A DNA stretch of 64,000 bases from Salpingoeca rosetta. Lineage: Eukaryota > Protista > Choanoflagellata. Shown here piece after piece: positions 52,254 through 64,000 of the stretch; the stretch's first letter is position 1; the number at the start of each line of letters is the position of its first letter. The DNA is taken from the NCBI GenBank assembly GCA_033442325.1, contig JAWQFM010000001.1, positions 1,959,479-2,023,478 on the forward strand. The letters run 5' to 3'. The position numbers and the translations under genes were made by a program. Below the pieces are notes generated by a model. The model did no database searches. It was not told the origin of the DNA and worked only from the letters and a program-made list of their open reading frames with translations.

Positions 52254-53377
52254 AACGCACCCGTTTCGAATGTGTATGGAGTAGACGTGCTCTGCTGGCA
52301 CGATGAGGGATGTTGCAGCAGGGAAGTAGAACATGGCTGCACACCAAAGGTGAAAGTGGAATCAACACGTGGCAGGATGCAGCGTGAGGAAATTGTAACA
52401 GCACAACTGAGATGACTGCGAGAGGGAGCAAACACATCACCTCCATGTACGCGATTGTGTGTATGTATGCATGTGGGTGTGTGTATGTGTGTGTATGTGG
52501 GTGTGTGTATGTGTGTGTATGTGTGTGTATGTGGGTGTGTGTATGTGTGTGTATGTGGGTGTGGGTGTGCCCTCTTGCACTACCAGTCGGATCGCCGGTC
52601 ATTTTGTGACGGCGACGCGAAATGCTGGCGAGACACGTCATGTCGGTGGGATCCCACACCTGGCAGTAGCAGCCATGTCCACACAAACACAAACACAAAC
52701 ACGCACACACATGCATACATGCGCACACACAAAACATGCGCACATACAGTCGAGATGGGTGAGGGCAGGTGTGGCCAGAGAGAATACAGCCAAGTGCGGC
52801 AGCCAAGCCCAAACAAACAGCACAAGCAACGGGAAACGCGGACAACCAAGCAAACAGCACGACACGCGCGCCACAGCACGCACCAGGAGTTGGTAGTCGA
52901 CGGAGAGGCTGTAGAGACGACAGTCCCCAGTTGTGCTCACGCATATGTGGTGGATGGGAGCTGGAAATGCCCAATGCCGAGGTTGGGCGGAGTGGGTGAA
53001 ACAGTTGCACAACAAACTCACGGTCAACAAGAGAAGGGTAGGCGAGGCCATATGTACGCGTGTGTGTGCGCGCGCATGTGGGTGCTTTTCAGTTGTGACG
53101 ATGCATGCAATTCACATCACATCAAATGCGTGTGACACTGATGGTGGTTTGTCGCCACACCTGTGTGTCCGCGCAGCACGCCTGCCGCCTGAAAAGTGAC
53201 GTAGGGATTCCACAGCTGCCACACAAACAGAATCCACGTGGGGTTGTGAGTGAACACGCCAAGAACGGTGTGTCGACTTGCGGCCCGTACATGCGCCTTT
53301 GGTGTTGTGATATGGGTTGTGTGTGTGTGTGTGTGTGCGCGCGCGCGTGCTTCCATGTGTGTGCGCGCGCGTGCTTC

Positions 53378-53446
<69 letters not shown>

Positions 53447-53690
53447 CAGTTTGAAATGCGCGTCGTACCCAGATTGCGCGGTCGAGCCCGCCGGTTGCAA
53501 TGAGATTCCCCTTTGGAACATATGCGAGGGTACGCACGCCCTTGCGCACCCGAAACACCGTCTGCGCCTGGTTGCGGCGGAGACCGGTGCCGTGGTGGAA
53601 ATACTGCGAACTCGGACCTGAACACCACGCAAGCAGCAGCGGCGCAGCGTGAGCAAGAGGAGGAAGAGGCGGTGGTGGGGTGGTGGTTTG

Positions 53691-53785
<95 letters not shown>

Positions 53786-56141
53786 ATGAACCTTGCGGGT
53801 CGATCCTGTACGACCTCGGCTCCTGCAGCGCGGGCTGTAAAATCTCCCCAACAACCTGCCATGGACAGGCGAATTGAAACCCCCAAGCTGTGAGCACAGA
53901 GCACAACCGCTGGTGTCACTCGCACTCTCCCACAACACCACACCCACACCCATGTGTGTATGTGTACACGTATGTGTGCGTGCGTGTGTGTGTGTGTCTA
54001 TCTATCTATCTGTCTGTCTGTCTGTCTCTCTGTCTGTCTCTCTCCCTCTCTCTCTGGCTCTCTCCCCCTCTCCCCCCCCCCACGAGGTGGTAACACATTC
54101 ACAAACACACCAATCCCGTTTCCTCGTCATTGCACGATGAGATGATCATGCGCAGCTGCTCGCAATACATGATCTGCGACACCTGTAAAACACACAAGCC
54201 GACACGACACGTACACAGTCAAAAAAAAAAAGGCAATCACGGAATGTAACAAGTTCAGAGATGTTACCATCACCATTACCATCACAGGACCATCACAGCA
54301 GCAGCACAACAGCAAAGGCAGGCATGCGGTCAGCACTTCACTGGTGTTGCAGCACACGTACCCAATCGTTGTGCACGAGCCAGCGCGTGTAAAACATGTT
54401 TCCGTAGGAGGGTCGCGCAACTTTCACAGCGTCCATCGACACCCGCATCGTTTCCCCATACAGTTTTCGCCGGCTGAGACACACGCGCAACGTTGGGTGA
54501 GACACGTGTGAATACTACACGGGCGTACAGGGTACATACAGGGGTCTCGTGTGGCTGTTGTTGTGCTGGCTGGCTGTGTATCTGTGTCTGTGTATGAGTT
54601 GTGTGTGTGCGTGTATGTGTGCGTGTATGTGTGCGTGTGTGTGTGTGTGTGTTCATGAGGGGTACCTGAGACTGTTCTTGAACTGCTCCGCCTCCAGGAA
54701 ACCGTCGGGCATGTGAATCGCCACCAAGCAGCCCTGGTCGCCGCGAGCAGAGGGGAAACAATGCACACACGCTATGAGTCAGATAGGGGGGGGGGGATGG
54801 TGGTGATGATGGTGGTGATGATGGTGGTGATGGTGGTGGTGATCGCAGCGGCCGCAAGTACTCGTGCGTGAAGTGAGGCGCTTCTGTGTGTGTGGTGTTA
54901 ACGCTATTGACATCGTCTGATGTTGTGAAGGCCGGCGCACCTGATGGTCGCCGACAAGAAGGACGGTGGTGTGGTCGTGGCGCAGATACGTCGTGTCAAG
55001 ACACAGCGGGGTGTCGTCGAGATGCGTCAGCTGTGGAGGCGATGAGCAGGATGAAAGCATGGGGTGCAAGGTCGTGGCGGAGTGACGGCGGTTCGTGAGA
55101 AACAAGACAAGACGGTGGGGGGGGGGTCTGGGTACACATGCATGCAAGTACACGGACACACGGGCAAAAACAAGATCACAGGATTAAAGATATAAAGGCA
55201 TACAGACACACGTTCACATGAAATGACTCGGCGTGCATACGCACCACGAAGATGGCTTCCATGGTGCTGAAGTTGAAGAACCAGAGCTCTCGCTCGCCAG
55301 ATGCAACAACGAGCTGCAGTGACGCAAATGACGAGAAAGAACAGTGGCCGTGTTGTGACGAAACACGGTGGGGCAATGAGTGAGGCGTGGAGGAAGTCAA
55401 GAAAAACAGGGGAGTGGAGGGGGCGAGAATGCCGTTCGTGGCACACGTGCGTGCACATCAACGGCAATACCGCTGAGTCCAGCTCTGAAAGATGCTGCTG
55501 TTTCGGCCACAGTACCCAAACGGCACTGCACCTCACAGAAGCCACGTTGCTCACCAGGCCAAGCTTGTCGAGGATGCACGCGTCTGTGCACCAGGCGGAC
55601 TTTGTTTTCCGCTTCGACTCCATGTCCAGTTGGTGCTGCGGCAGTCAACCAAGGTGTTGGCGTCGCGGTGAGGATCATGACAATAGTGATGACGAAGAAG
55701 CAAACCCAAATTTTTGTCAGTGGTTGGTTGGTTGGTTGGTTGGTTGGTTGGTCGGTTGGTTGGTTGGTTGGTTGGTTGGTTGGTTGGTTGGTTGGTTGGT
55801 CGGTTGGTTGGTCGGTTGGTTGGTTCGTTGGTTGGTTGGTTGGTTGGTTGGTTGGTCGGTTGGTTGGTTGGTTGGTTGGTTGGTTGGTTGGTTGGTCGGT
55901 TCGTTGGTTGGTGTCGCGATACTTGGGTCGGAGTTGAAAGCACCATGCACACGACATCACTTCGTGCTTACACATGCACATGCACAGCCGCACACATACC
56001 GATTTGATGCGCGAGCAGTCTGGTCCCCAGAAGCTCAGCATTCCTGCAGAAGATGACGCAAACGAATCGTGTACATTTCATCAACAGGGATGTGAGAGAT
56101 CATGAAAAGCTGCTGCCCACAACATCAACAACAACAACTTA

Positions 56142-56172
<31 letters not shown>

Positions 56173-57772
56173 ACAACAACGACAACAACTTAAACAACAA
56201 CAACAACTTAAACAACAACAACAACTTAAACAACAACAACTTAAACAACAACAACTTAAACAACTTAAACAACAACAACTTAAACAACAACAACTTAAAC
56301 AACTTAAACAACCACCACCACACATGCACGTGCACGCGCGCATACGCACAGCGCGTTTGCGACACGGTTCAACTACACCCCCACACAGCACACACGAGGG
56401 CCTGCGAATTGCAGCAAGTCATGCAATGCGCAAACGGTACCGTTGTCCTGGAGCATGATGAACTGGCTGGCGTTGTTGAGGCGCAGGGCACAGCACGGTG
56501 AGCGTACAGCGTACTGCCCGGCCCTGGCAGGCATGTCCAGCACCACCTGATCGATCACACAAAGCAGAGGTGAGTGCGAGTGTGTGTGGTGTGTGTGAAA
56601 ATTTGTGCGTGCGTGTCTGTGTGTCGGACACGTCGCGGCGAAGTTGGGTCGTTGCGGGGGGTGGACAGTTGCGTGTGGTGTTTACCTTCTTTGATCGCGT
56701 ATAGGTGTCTGACTTCTTCTGATATTCCAGCAGCATGTATGTTGCAAACTCGTCCTACATTCGCGTCCATGCGAGGGTGTGCGTGCGTGTGACGGTTGTG
56801 TCTCACACAGATTTTGGTTCACACTCGCAGTGGCTCACCCGCACGCCAGACACTCACGGCCACACCACCACCACCACCACCACCACCACCATTCACGCGT
56901 ACCCATGTGATGGCGCCCTGGTTTGCGCCGTCAATCTTGTCAAAGAGATCATGGAGATACGACTTGGCGCCTTTCGCCTGTTCAGTTCCCATTGCAGTCA
57001 CGCAAACGGCAGTGAGTGACCAAGCGGGGTGGTGGATGTGCACAATGTCCATGCAAACGACATGAGCTGTCAAGGTGTACGTGCATGTGTGAATGCACAC
57101 GCATGCATATGTGTGCGCGCGCTTTGTAGTTGACCTTTGTGTAGTCGCGAAGCGATGCGATGAACTCTTCGCTGTTGAGCACACCTGTAAACGTGCAGGA
57201 CAAGACAATACAGAGTCCGACATGTGAGCTGCTGCCTCTTGCGTGTTGACCACAGTACGCATAATCGCACATGCAGCGGCACACAAACACACGCATGCAG
57301 CGCACCATCCGTTGTCGAGAAGAACGCGGCCTGGGAGTTGCGGTGGGAGCAGAGAGTGCATGCAACACGACGCCGACACGCACACACACACACAATAAGG
57401 CATGAGGTGCTCTTTGTGGCAGTGCTGGAACATGCACTTACGATGCCAGATGCAAGACCCAAAGGCAGAACAGCGCAGCGCGATGCAACACAACACAACA
57501 CACCTTCAGCTCCTCCATGGTTGACACGTTCCACTCTTCTTCCACCTGTGGGGCAAAACAGGACAGCATGGGGTATAGGCAGGGGTGTGAGGTGGTGGTG
57601 ATCACAGTGTTAAGCGAGCGGGGAGGGGGGTAGCAGAAGCATTCTGCTGGGTGCAACTGCAGTGTGCAACTGGACGGACAGGCTCGCCCATGCTGCCTAC
57701 CCTGGCGTTGACGCGCGACTGCTGGACTGACTTGCGGGAAATTCGCTGTGCGCTATTGGTGCGTGTGTGAAT

Positions 57773-57849
<77 letters not shown>

Positions 57850-58353
57850 GGCGAGTGTGTGCCGTGAGAAAACTACACAACAACGGGGGCAGAAGCAGCG
57901 CAGTTCAGAGTCTCTTCAAACGCCGGGTGCCCGCCGCAATATTTGGTGAGCGAGGAGAGGCCTTACAGTTCTTCCTGTGCCTGTTGTGTTTCGTGGGCAA
58001 GCAAAGAAGCACGGCGCGCGGCAGCTGAGCGCGCTCGTCTTGATACCCTCGCACTGGCAACCCGGGACCTACGTACACACAGCACAAGAGCGTGCGTGAG
58101 AGAGTGCGTGTGTACGTGTGTGAGAGAGTGTGTGTGACAGGAGCAAGCGAGGGGAAGAGAGTGTGTGCGTGTGCATGTGCATGTGTGTGGGGGGGGGGCA
58201 AGTGCGTTCTGCCAGAGGCCAAAAGCTGGGACTGTGGCCACCTATCCTCCCTGGCCTTTGTGCACACGCACACACCAACCTTGATTGCTCTGTTGGTCGC
58301 ATGAGGGGTCCCTCCAGCAGGACCTCCTCTGAGTCGTTGATGTGGTCATCCAT
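46797..58353 (-). CDS. EF-hand-like N-terminus plus WD40 repeats (WDR49/WDR95/WDY-like, probably ciliary), many small exons
   Basis: [12 protein letters not shown]; [18 protein letters not shown]|[11 protein letters not shown] (EF-hand-like); [12 protein letters not shown]|LWNPYV...GVLRGHT; [28 protein letters not shown]|VW; [11 protein letters not shown]|[19 protein letters not shown]; [10 protein letters not shown]; [25 protein letters not shown]. Start [10 protein letters not shown] at 58353. Not all exon boundaries were resolved. Confidence 0.82.
48341..48410. repeat. 9-bp minisatellite (AAGACAGGC) x~7.5, intronic
   Basis: Direct observation. Confidence 0.9.
55721..55911. repeat. (TGGT)n tetranucleotide microsatellite with occasional TCGG variants, intronic
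   Basis: Direct observation. Confidence 0.93.
56117..56311. repeat. Higher-order repeat [(CAA)1-4 CTTAAA]n, intronic
   Basis: About nine CTTAAA interruptions within a CAA array. Confidence 0.9.
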
Positions 58354-58943
58354 GGTCCGCGGTGCGTGCGGCAAAAGGAGCACACCGACAAGAACGAAAG
58401 CTTCCAGCTTCCACCTTGCGCACGAGCACGCACACAGACACAAGCACGCACACACACACACGAGCACGCACACAAGCACGCAAGCAAGCGTAGCCTCCTT
58501 GCTCCTCGTCGTGATTTGCGTTGGGTCGTCGTCGTTAGCCACGAATATTCATTAATGATTTTGCTAATCGTCATCAACCGCACTGTTTGTGTTTGGCTCT
58601 GCCGCTCAATCGAAGGCTCGATGTTCTGCAGCGAGTTTCTTGTTAAGTCAAGGAGTCATCATGGCCTGACTGCTCGCCGACTTCTTCCCTTTCTGCGTCT
58701 TCTTTCGTTCTGTCTCTCTGTGTGTCCTTGCGTCTGGAAGCATGCTCACCACTTCTCAGTGTCCGCCTGCTCTACCCTCGCACTACCAACCCACCTCCGC
58801 GATAGCTCGATTGCTGGACAAAAGTTGTACTGTGCAGAAAGAATAGATGACATGGATGCACTAGCACAGTACCGGCGCTGTCAGCCACTGGCGCTTGCTG
58901 ACCCAACTAGGCTGGTGACACCATTGTCCTTCTAGCTAGGAGC

Positions 58944-60755
58944 CTACTTCTTCTGCTGGCTGGCATAGTACTTGGCAACCTGGTTGGTTGGAGAGAGAGG
59001 GAGAGAGGGAGAGAGAGAGTGTGTGTGTGTGTGTTGCATGTGTGTGAGTGAGTGAGTAGGGGTGTGTGTTGTATGTGTGTGAATAGGTGTGTGTGTGTGT
59101 GTGTGTGTGTGTGAGTATGTGTGTGTGTGTGTGCATGCGAGTGTGAGTCCGAGCTGCAGGTAAGTTTGTCGACACGGAGGCCACGTGCAATCCGGCGTCG
59201 GCAATTGGCTTGCTCGTTACATGGCATTTGCCAGTTGTATGGATGGACGTACCGGCTCGTATGCCTTGACGCTCTCGTACAGTGCCTTGACGTTGGGGTA
59301 GTCCTCGTGGAAGTTGACGTTGATGTAGTCAATGAAACCAGACTTGAGGAACTGCACAACCGCGAGAAGAAGAAATGCATGGGGTGAGTCCGATTTTGGT
59401 GTGGGGGGGGGGGCGCTCCCATGTGAATGGTATATGTGTATGTGTATGCGTATGTGTATGTGTGTATGTGTATGTGCATGTGTATGTATATGTGTATGTG
59501 TATGTGTATGTATGCTTATGTGTATGTGTATGTGTGTGTGTATGTGTATGTGTTTTGGTATTGCCAAGCTTTGCTACCCAAACCACAACACAGCCCCGCA
59601 ATTGCACTGCATGCCGCGATAAATGAATGTGCGACAAACTTACATCGCAGAGGATCATGATGCTCAGGTCAGCCAGCGTGAACGTCTCGCCAACGGCCCA
59701 GTCGCCGGTGTTCTCGCCAATGCGCTTGTCAAGGAACGCAAACCACGTGGCCATCTGCGCGACCATCACGTGCGAGAAACGCCATTCAAAAAAAAAAAAA
59801 AAAGGAAAAGGAAAAGAAAAGGGCGTAAGGCCGCGCCGTGCAAGCGTGAGACTCCACATTCACATGTGTGTGTGAACGTGAACATGCGTGTGCGTGTGTG
59901 TGCATGCACGTGTGTTTGTGTGCGCACATTTGTGTTTGTGATGGGCACAGGGTGAACATGTCGACCTGCTTCAAGGCATTGAGCATGCTCACCTTGGTGG
60001 AGGCAAACTGCTCGCGGAGGGCCTTCTTCTCCTCCTCGTCTTTGGCGGCAAATGGCACCTTGTACAGGAGCTCTGTGCACACCTCGATCATCTCCTCCAT
60101 CTTGAGCCGCTGCACAGGGTCCTCAGGGTAGATGCCCGCAAGTGTGGCAGCGTACCGCGACATGGCGTTGTACTGGGTGAACTTGACGCCATCAATCTCC
60201 AGCACAGGCAGCTGATGGAGAGAACGTGCATGCGTGGGTTTGAAATGAGTGAAGCAGGATGAGTGCACGTGTGAGGTGTATGTGTGTGTATGCGCGTGTG
60301 CGTCTGTGTGAATGCCTGTGCGAGCAGGAGCCGGCATACATGTCTCAGTCAGGCAGGTCAGGTGTTGGCAAGAGACATGCAGGCGTTGTGACGCACTTGG
60401 CCAAGAGGAAGGACGCCGGCCTCCTTCAACTCTGCCAGCTTGGGAAAAGCAACGCGCTCATCCTCAAAGTCTGAAGATGGGGAAGCAGAGGACACAGAAT
60501 GCGCGCCAACGTCCACAACGATGATGAAGCTGTCAGCATAGTGTGTGGAAGGCGAGCACGCTCTCAGCTGTCTCGACAAATGACAGTTGGCGGCGATACA
60601 TAGCGGAGCTTGCTCCGTGCACACGACGGCAAGCAAAGCGAGCACGACACAACAAGCACGTGTCTTTGCTTACCAACACCAGCCATGGTGAGGCAGATGC
60701 GCACGGCGTCGGCGCGCACGCCAAAGTCAAAGTACGTCAGCTTGATCTGAGACAT
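58944..60755 (-). CDS. Glutathione S-transferase, sigma-like (Tyr-type), 6 exons
   Basis: MSQIKLTYFDFGVRADAVRICL; DFEDERV; LPLGQ|LPVLEIDG; AMSRYAATLAGIYPEDP; AVGETFTLADL (N-capping box); YPNVKALYESV; VAKYYASQQKK*. Confidence 0.93.
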
Positions 60756-61418
60756 GGTGGCGAACGAGTCTGAAACACAACAGGAGATGGGGAGGGAAAG
60801 GATCAACAATGGTGAACACCTGTGGATATGGCGGGCAAGACAAAGTTGACTAGGAAGGAGAAGAAGATAATTGACACACAAAACACACGCACACACACAC
60901 ACATCACACACACACAACATCACGCGGCCTCACATCATACCGTATGCGTATGACGCGTGTGTTGTGTGATGACGCGTGTGACGTCTTGTGTTCTGGGCCC
61001 CAGTGCAAGCAGTGCACATTCGCACATTTGCCTGAAACACGCAGGGAACACGAAAGTCTTTGATAATTTTCGTGCACAGTCTTTCTTTTTTCCTTGTTGG
61101 CGAAGCTTGTGGATTGCTTGTGTGCGTGTGTGGGTGGGTGTGACAAACGTTGTGTCATGCGATGTCACACGGTCATGTCACGCATTGCAATCAACGCCTG
61201 TCTCATGCTTTGTCCTCCTCGTTGTTTCACTTTCCATTTCCTCGACCCCGCAACTCCTCACCCCTGACAACTCACACTTGCACGACTTGTTCGTCTTGGT
61301 TGTTCATTTTTCCCGGGCACACCCCTCCAACAACAGGACAACAAAACCAAGCCAAACACACAAGCGACCCACCGCCAAAGCGACCAAGCAAGCGACCCCA
61401 CTCGCCAAGACCACAGCC
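60756..61418. promoter_or_regulatory. Putative bidirectional promoter, GST / micro-bZIP, with clustered TGAC (CRE/AP-1-type) half-sites
   Basis: ATGACGCGTGT occurs at 60950-60960 and 60969-60979; TGACGTC at 60979-60985; TGAC/GTCA at 61141, 61154, 61164, 61172 and 61177; palindrome ATTGCAAT at 61184-61191. Confidence 0.5.
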
Positions 61419-61658
61419 ATGGCCGACAACGCAGACCTGGCAAAGCGCAAAGCCAACACCGAGGCCAAGCGGCGCTCGCGCCAGAGGAAGAAGGAGGAGA
61501 GGGAGCAGCTGTTGCGGGAGAACCAAGAGCTTGAGAGGACGCTGTCACAACGTCAGCAGCAAATCGAGGCCGTCAAGCAGCAGCTCATTCAACAGGGCGT
61601 CTCTGAAGACGACATTCGCCGTGCCATCGAGGGCGCTGCTCCAACCCCAACGCAGTAG
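61419..61658 (+). CDS. 79-aa single-exon bZIP microprotein with a GCN4/ATF4-like basic region
   Basis: MADNADLAKRKANTEAKRRSRQRKKEEREQLLRENQELERTLSQRQQQIEAVKQQL... has the invariant N-x7-R, Leu at +10 and +17, and Asn at an 'a' position. Good start context (gccATGG); stop TAG at 61656-61658. Confidence 0.85.
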   Translation: MADNADLAKRKANTEAKRRSRQRKKEEREQLLRENQELERTLSQRQQQIEAVKQQLIQQGVSEDDIRRAIEGAAPTPTQ

Positions 61659-62031
61659 TGAGCATCCGATGCTCCGTGTCTTATGTCTTGTGACATTTTG
61701 TTCATGCAGTGCGTTTATCCGCGTTCGTGCGTGCGTGCGTCTGGTCGGTTGTGTTCATCTTGGCACACCCCATGTGCGATGCATGTGTTATTCCCACACC
61801 GCCTCTTGCCCCCCCCCCCCCATTTTAACTGCCCTATTTCATCTTTCCGTTTCATCGACCTTGCTGTCGTCACAAACACAACCCAGAAGCAATGTGCCTT
61901 TGTTGACCCTCCCCGTCCTTCCTCTTCTCCGTCCTTCTCTCCCCACCTCTTTGTTGTGACATATCCTCGAAATAAACTGACATTCCCTCTGATTTGATTC
62001 ACGAAAGCAAAGCGTCGCATCACCGAGTGTG

Positions 62032-62072
<41 letters not shown>

Positions 62073-62239
62073 GTGTGTGTGTGTGTGCGTGTTGCGCGCA
62101 AAGGCATCAGGCTTCATGTTGCTTCGAGTGGCGAGTGGGCAAGGGTGTGCAAATACGTTGATCCTGCAGCACCTCGTCTCACAACACGAGCAGACACGTG
62201 CCGGCACTTGTCAAAACAGCACACAGGAAGGCCACAGCG

Positions 62240-62426
62240 TCACAGGGAGCGGGTGTTACCCACTGCCTCCCCAAGATATGTGCTGTACAGCGTCTTGAAG
62301 TTGTTTTCCAGACTCATCTTGACAGTCTGTCCACAATCAACACAAACAATAGCAACAGTAGTGTTGGCGTTGATACGAGGCTCGCTTGAGACGTCCACAG
62401 TGGAGACGAAAAAGAACACACACACA

Positions 62427-62487
<61 letters not shown>

Positions 62488-62685
62488 GTGCCATCATGTA
62501 GGGTCATTCTACGTGTATTGCCTTATAGTAGGCCTCGTGTCAGGGTTCCCGCCAGCTTTATATTGTGTGCAGCTGACCTAACGTAGCGATCTCTATAAGT
62601 TAAACACACCCAATCGGGAACCTCGTACACGGGTTAGTGAAGTGAGCCATATGTCCGGGCGGTCATCAACGAACACACACACAAC

Positions 62686-62744
<59 letters not shown>

Positions 62745-63107
62745 CGGAAAGAGTGTGTTCACCTGGCGATCAGTGCGAAGGGCCTGCAGCTGCGCTTTGG
62801 TGAGGACATTGCCACGCTTAAACGCAAGCGCGTGTCCAGCCAGAAATGAAGCAGCCGTCAGCGTGACATATGTCCAGGGCGCCGCATATTGGCCAACGAG
62901 CGAATCGCCCGCCAGGCGCATGAACAGCGTCACTGCATCTGCACATGTGTGTGTGTGTGAGGGTGGAGGTTAGTGTTACACATGGGGCAGTAGTTTGCTG
63001 CGTCACAATCACAGGCCACACTGCTCCCCTCAACACACGCACACACACACACACACGCACACACACACACACACAGCATATACACGCACGCACGCACACA
63101 CGCACAC

Positions 63108-63155
<48 letters not shown>

Positions 63156-63807
63156 TTCCCGACGTACTGTAGCTGGCAAAGGTGATGGTCCAGAACCAGG
63201 GGGACGCGTGCAGGTCAATCTCGTGCCAAGTTGGTGTGTCCCCAGCAAGCATGGCCACAAGGGCAAGGGCGCCGGCAGCAATCAACAGCACACCCACAGC
63301 CATTAGCACGGCGCCCATCAGAACAAATTGAAGCTGCTTTGCCCGCTTCTTCCTGTATGATGTCAATGCGTTGATGTGTATGTGTGTGTGTGTGTGCGTG
63401 CGTGTGTAAATTTGGGTGGGGTGTGCATGAGAGGGTTATGCATGGGGAGAGGGAGAGGCATGTTAGCATCGGCGCTTGTGTGCGTGACAACAATTGGTTG
63501 ATTGGCACTCACTCCTGCTCGGTGATTGTCTCGTCAATGCTGTTCAGAACAGTCTCAGAGTCACTCTTGAATTGGTTGAGGGAATTCTGCAAGCGATCAC
63601 ATTCCAGCAGTCATGAGAGACGGAGCATCAGGGAGAGGAACATCGACCTGGGATGGCGGCGTAGGCTGAGACGGGGAGAGCGGGAACAGCACACACAGAC
63701 ACACAGACAAACAGACACAGACTCACACATGCACACACACACACACACACACGGACTCACACACGCACATGCACACACACACACACACAGACACACAGAC
63801 AAACAGA

Positions 63808-63856
<49 letters not shown>

Positions 63857-63941
63857 ACACCTGCACGACGTGGTTGATTGTTTCCTTGATGCGCATCTCC
63901 AACTCTTCAATCTGATTTGGGACCCGGCTGTTCTCCAGCGG
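62240..63941 (-). CDS. 3' part of a coiled-coil plus multi-TM membrane protein that continues beyond the window
   Basis: Exons [27 protein letters not shown]|[25 protein letters not shown]|[35 protein letters not shown]...|...[15 protein letters not shown]...|[22 protein letters not shown] with GT-AG junctions. It vaguely resembles the C-terminus of uncharacterised dynamin/EHD-like GTPases with TM tails, which cannot be confirmed here. Confidence 0.6.
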
Positions 63942-64000
63942 CTGTGCATCGTCATTTGTTGCGTGGCAGTTGTGAAGTCATGTTGCTGGCTGCGAGGACG

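Noticed and set aside
55721-55911. (TGGT)n as a telomeric or CRISPR-like array
   Set aside because: It is not TTAGGG and has no spacers. It is a simple intronic tetranucleotide repeat.
56102-56458. PolyQ/LK ORF on the + strand
   Set aside because: It is produced by an intronic CAA-based repeat, antisense to the WD40 gene, with no independent gene structure.
58342-58935. 197-aa + strand ORF between the WD40 gene and GST
   Set aside because: It overlaps the WD40 5' region and the GST 3' UTR in antisense, includes repeat-derived sequence, and shows no domain signal.
62497-62670. Identification of the structured element as a hammerhead/HDV ribozyme, RNase MRP or 5S rRNA
   Set aside because: The required cores (CUGANGA/GAAA, HDV P3-L3 pairing, MRP P4, 5S helices) are not satisfied. 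It is kept only as an unassigned candidate.

Overview
This is gene-dense, intron-rich eukaryotic nuclear DNA with (CA)n/(GT)n microsatellites in most introns and UTRs. The gene set and style suggest a choanoflagellate such as Salpingoeca rosetta (inference). Most short ORFs in the track are repeat artefacts (poly-VC/poly-HT). Splicing exons by eye gives 16 protein-coding loci, in order: the 3' end of an unknown gene (+), Furry/FRY (-), TMEM41B (+), TMEM165/GDT1 (-), casein kinase 1 gamma (-), GALT (-), COX16 (+, not recovered as a single ORF), TOE1 (-, intronless), SPOUT1 (+), an LRRCC1/VFL1-like coiled-coil protein that appears to lack LRRs (-), an atypical type II membrane sulfotransferase-fold protein (+), an EF-hand/WD40 WDR49/WDR95-like protein (-), a sigma-like GST (-), a 79-aa bZIP microprotein (+), and the 3' part of a membrane protein (-). 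Ten of these genes form five tight head-to-head pairs. The most interesting signals are: (1) a divergent GST/micro-bZIP pair with clustered TGAC half-sites between them; (2) many stop-free 3n microsatellite introns; (3) the LRR-less LRRCC1; (4) a sulfotransferase-like protein with an altered PAPS loop; (5) a structured ~175-nt intronic element; (6) a probable collapsed or missing FRY segment. I saw no rRNA, tRNA, CRISPR array or recognisable transposon. Homology calls are from remembered family motifs, not database searches.
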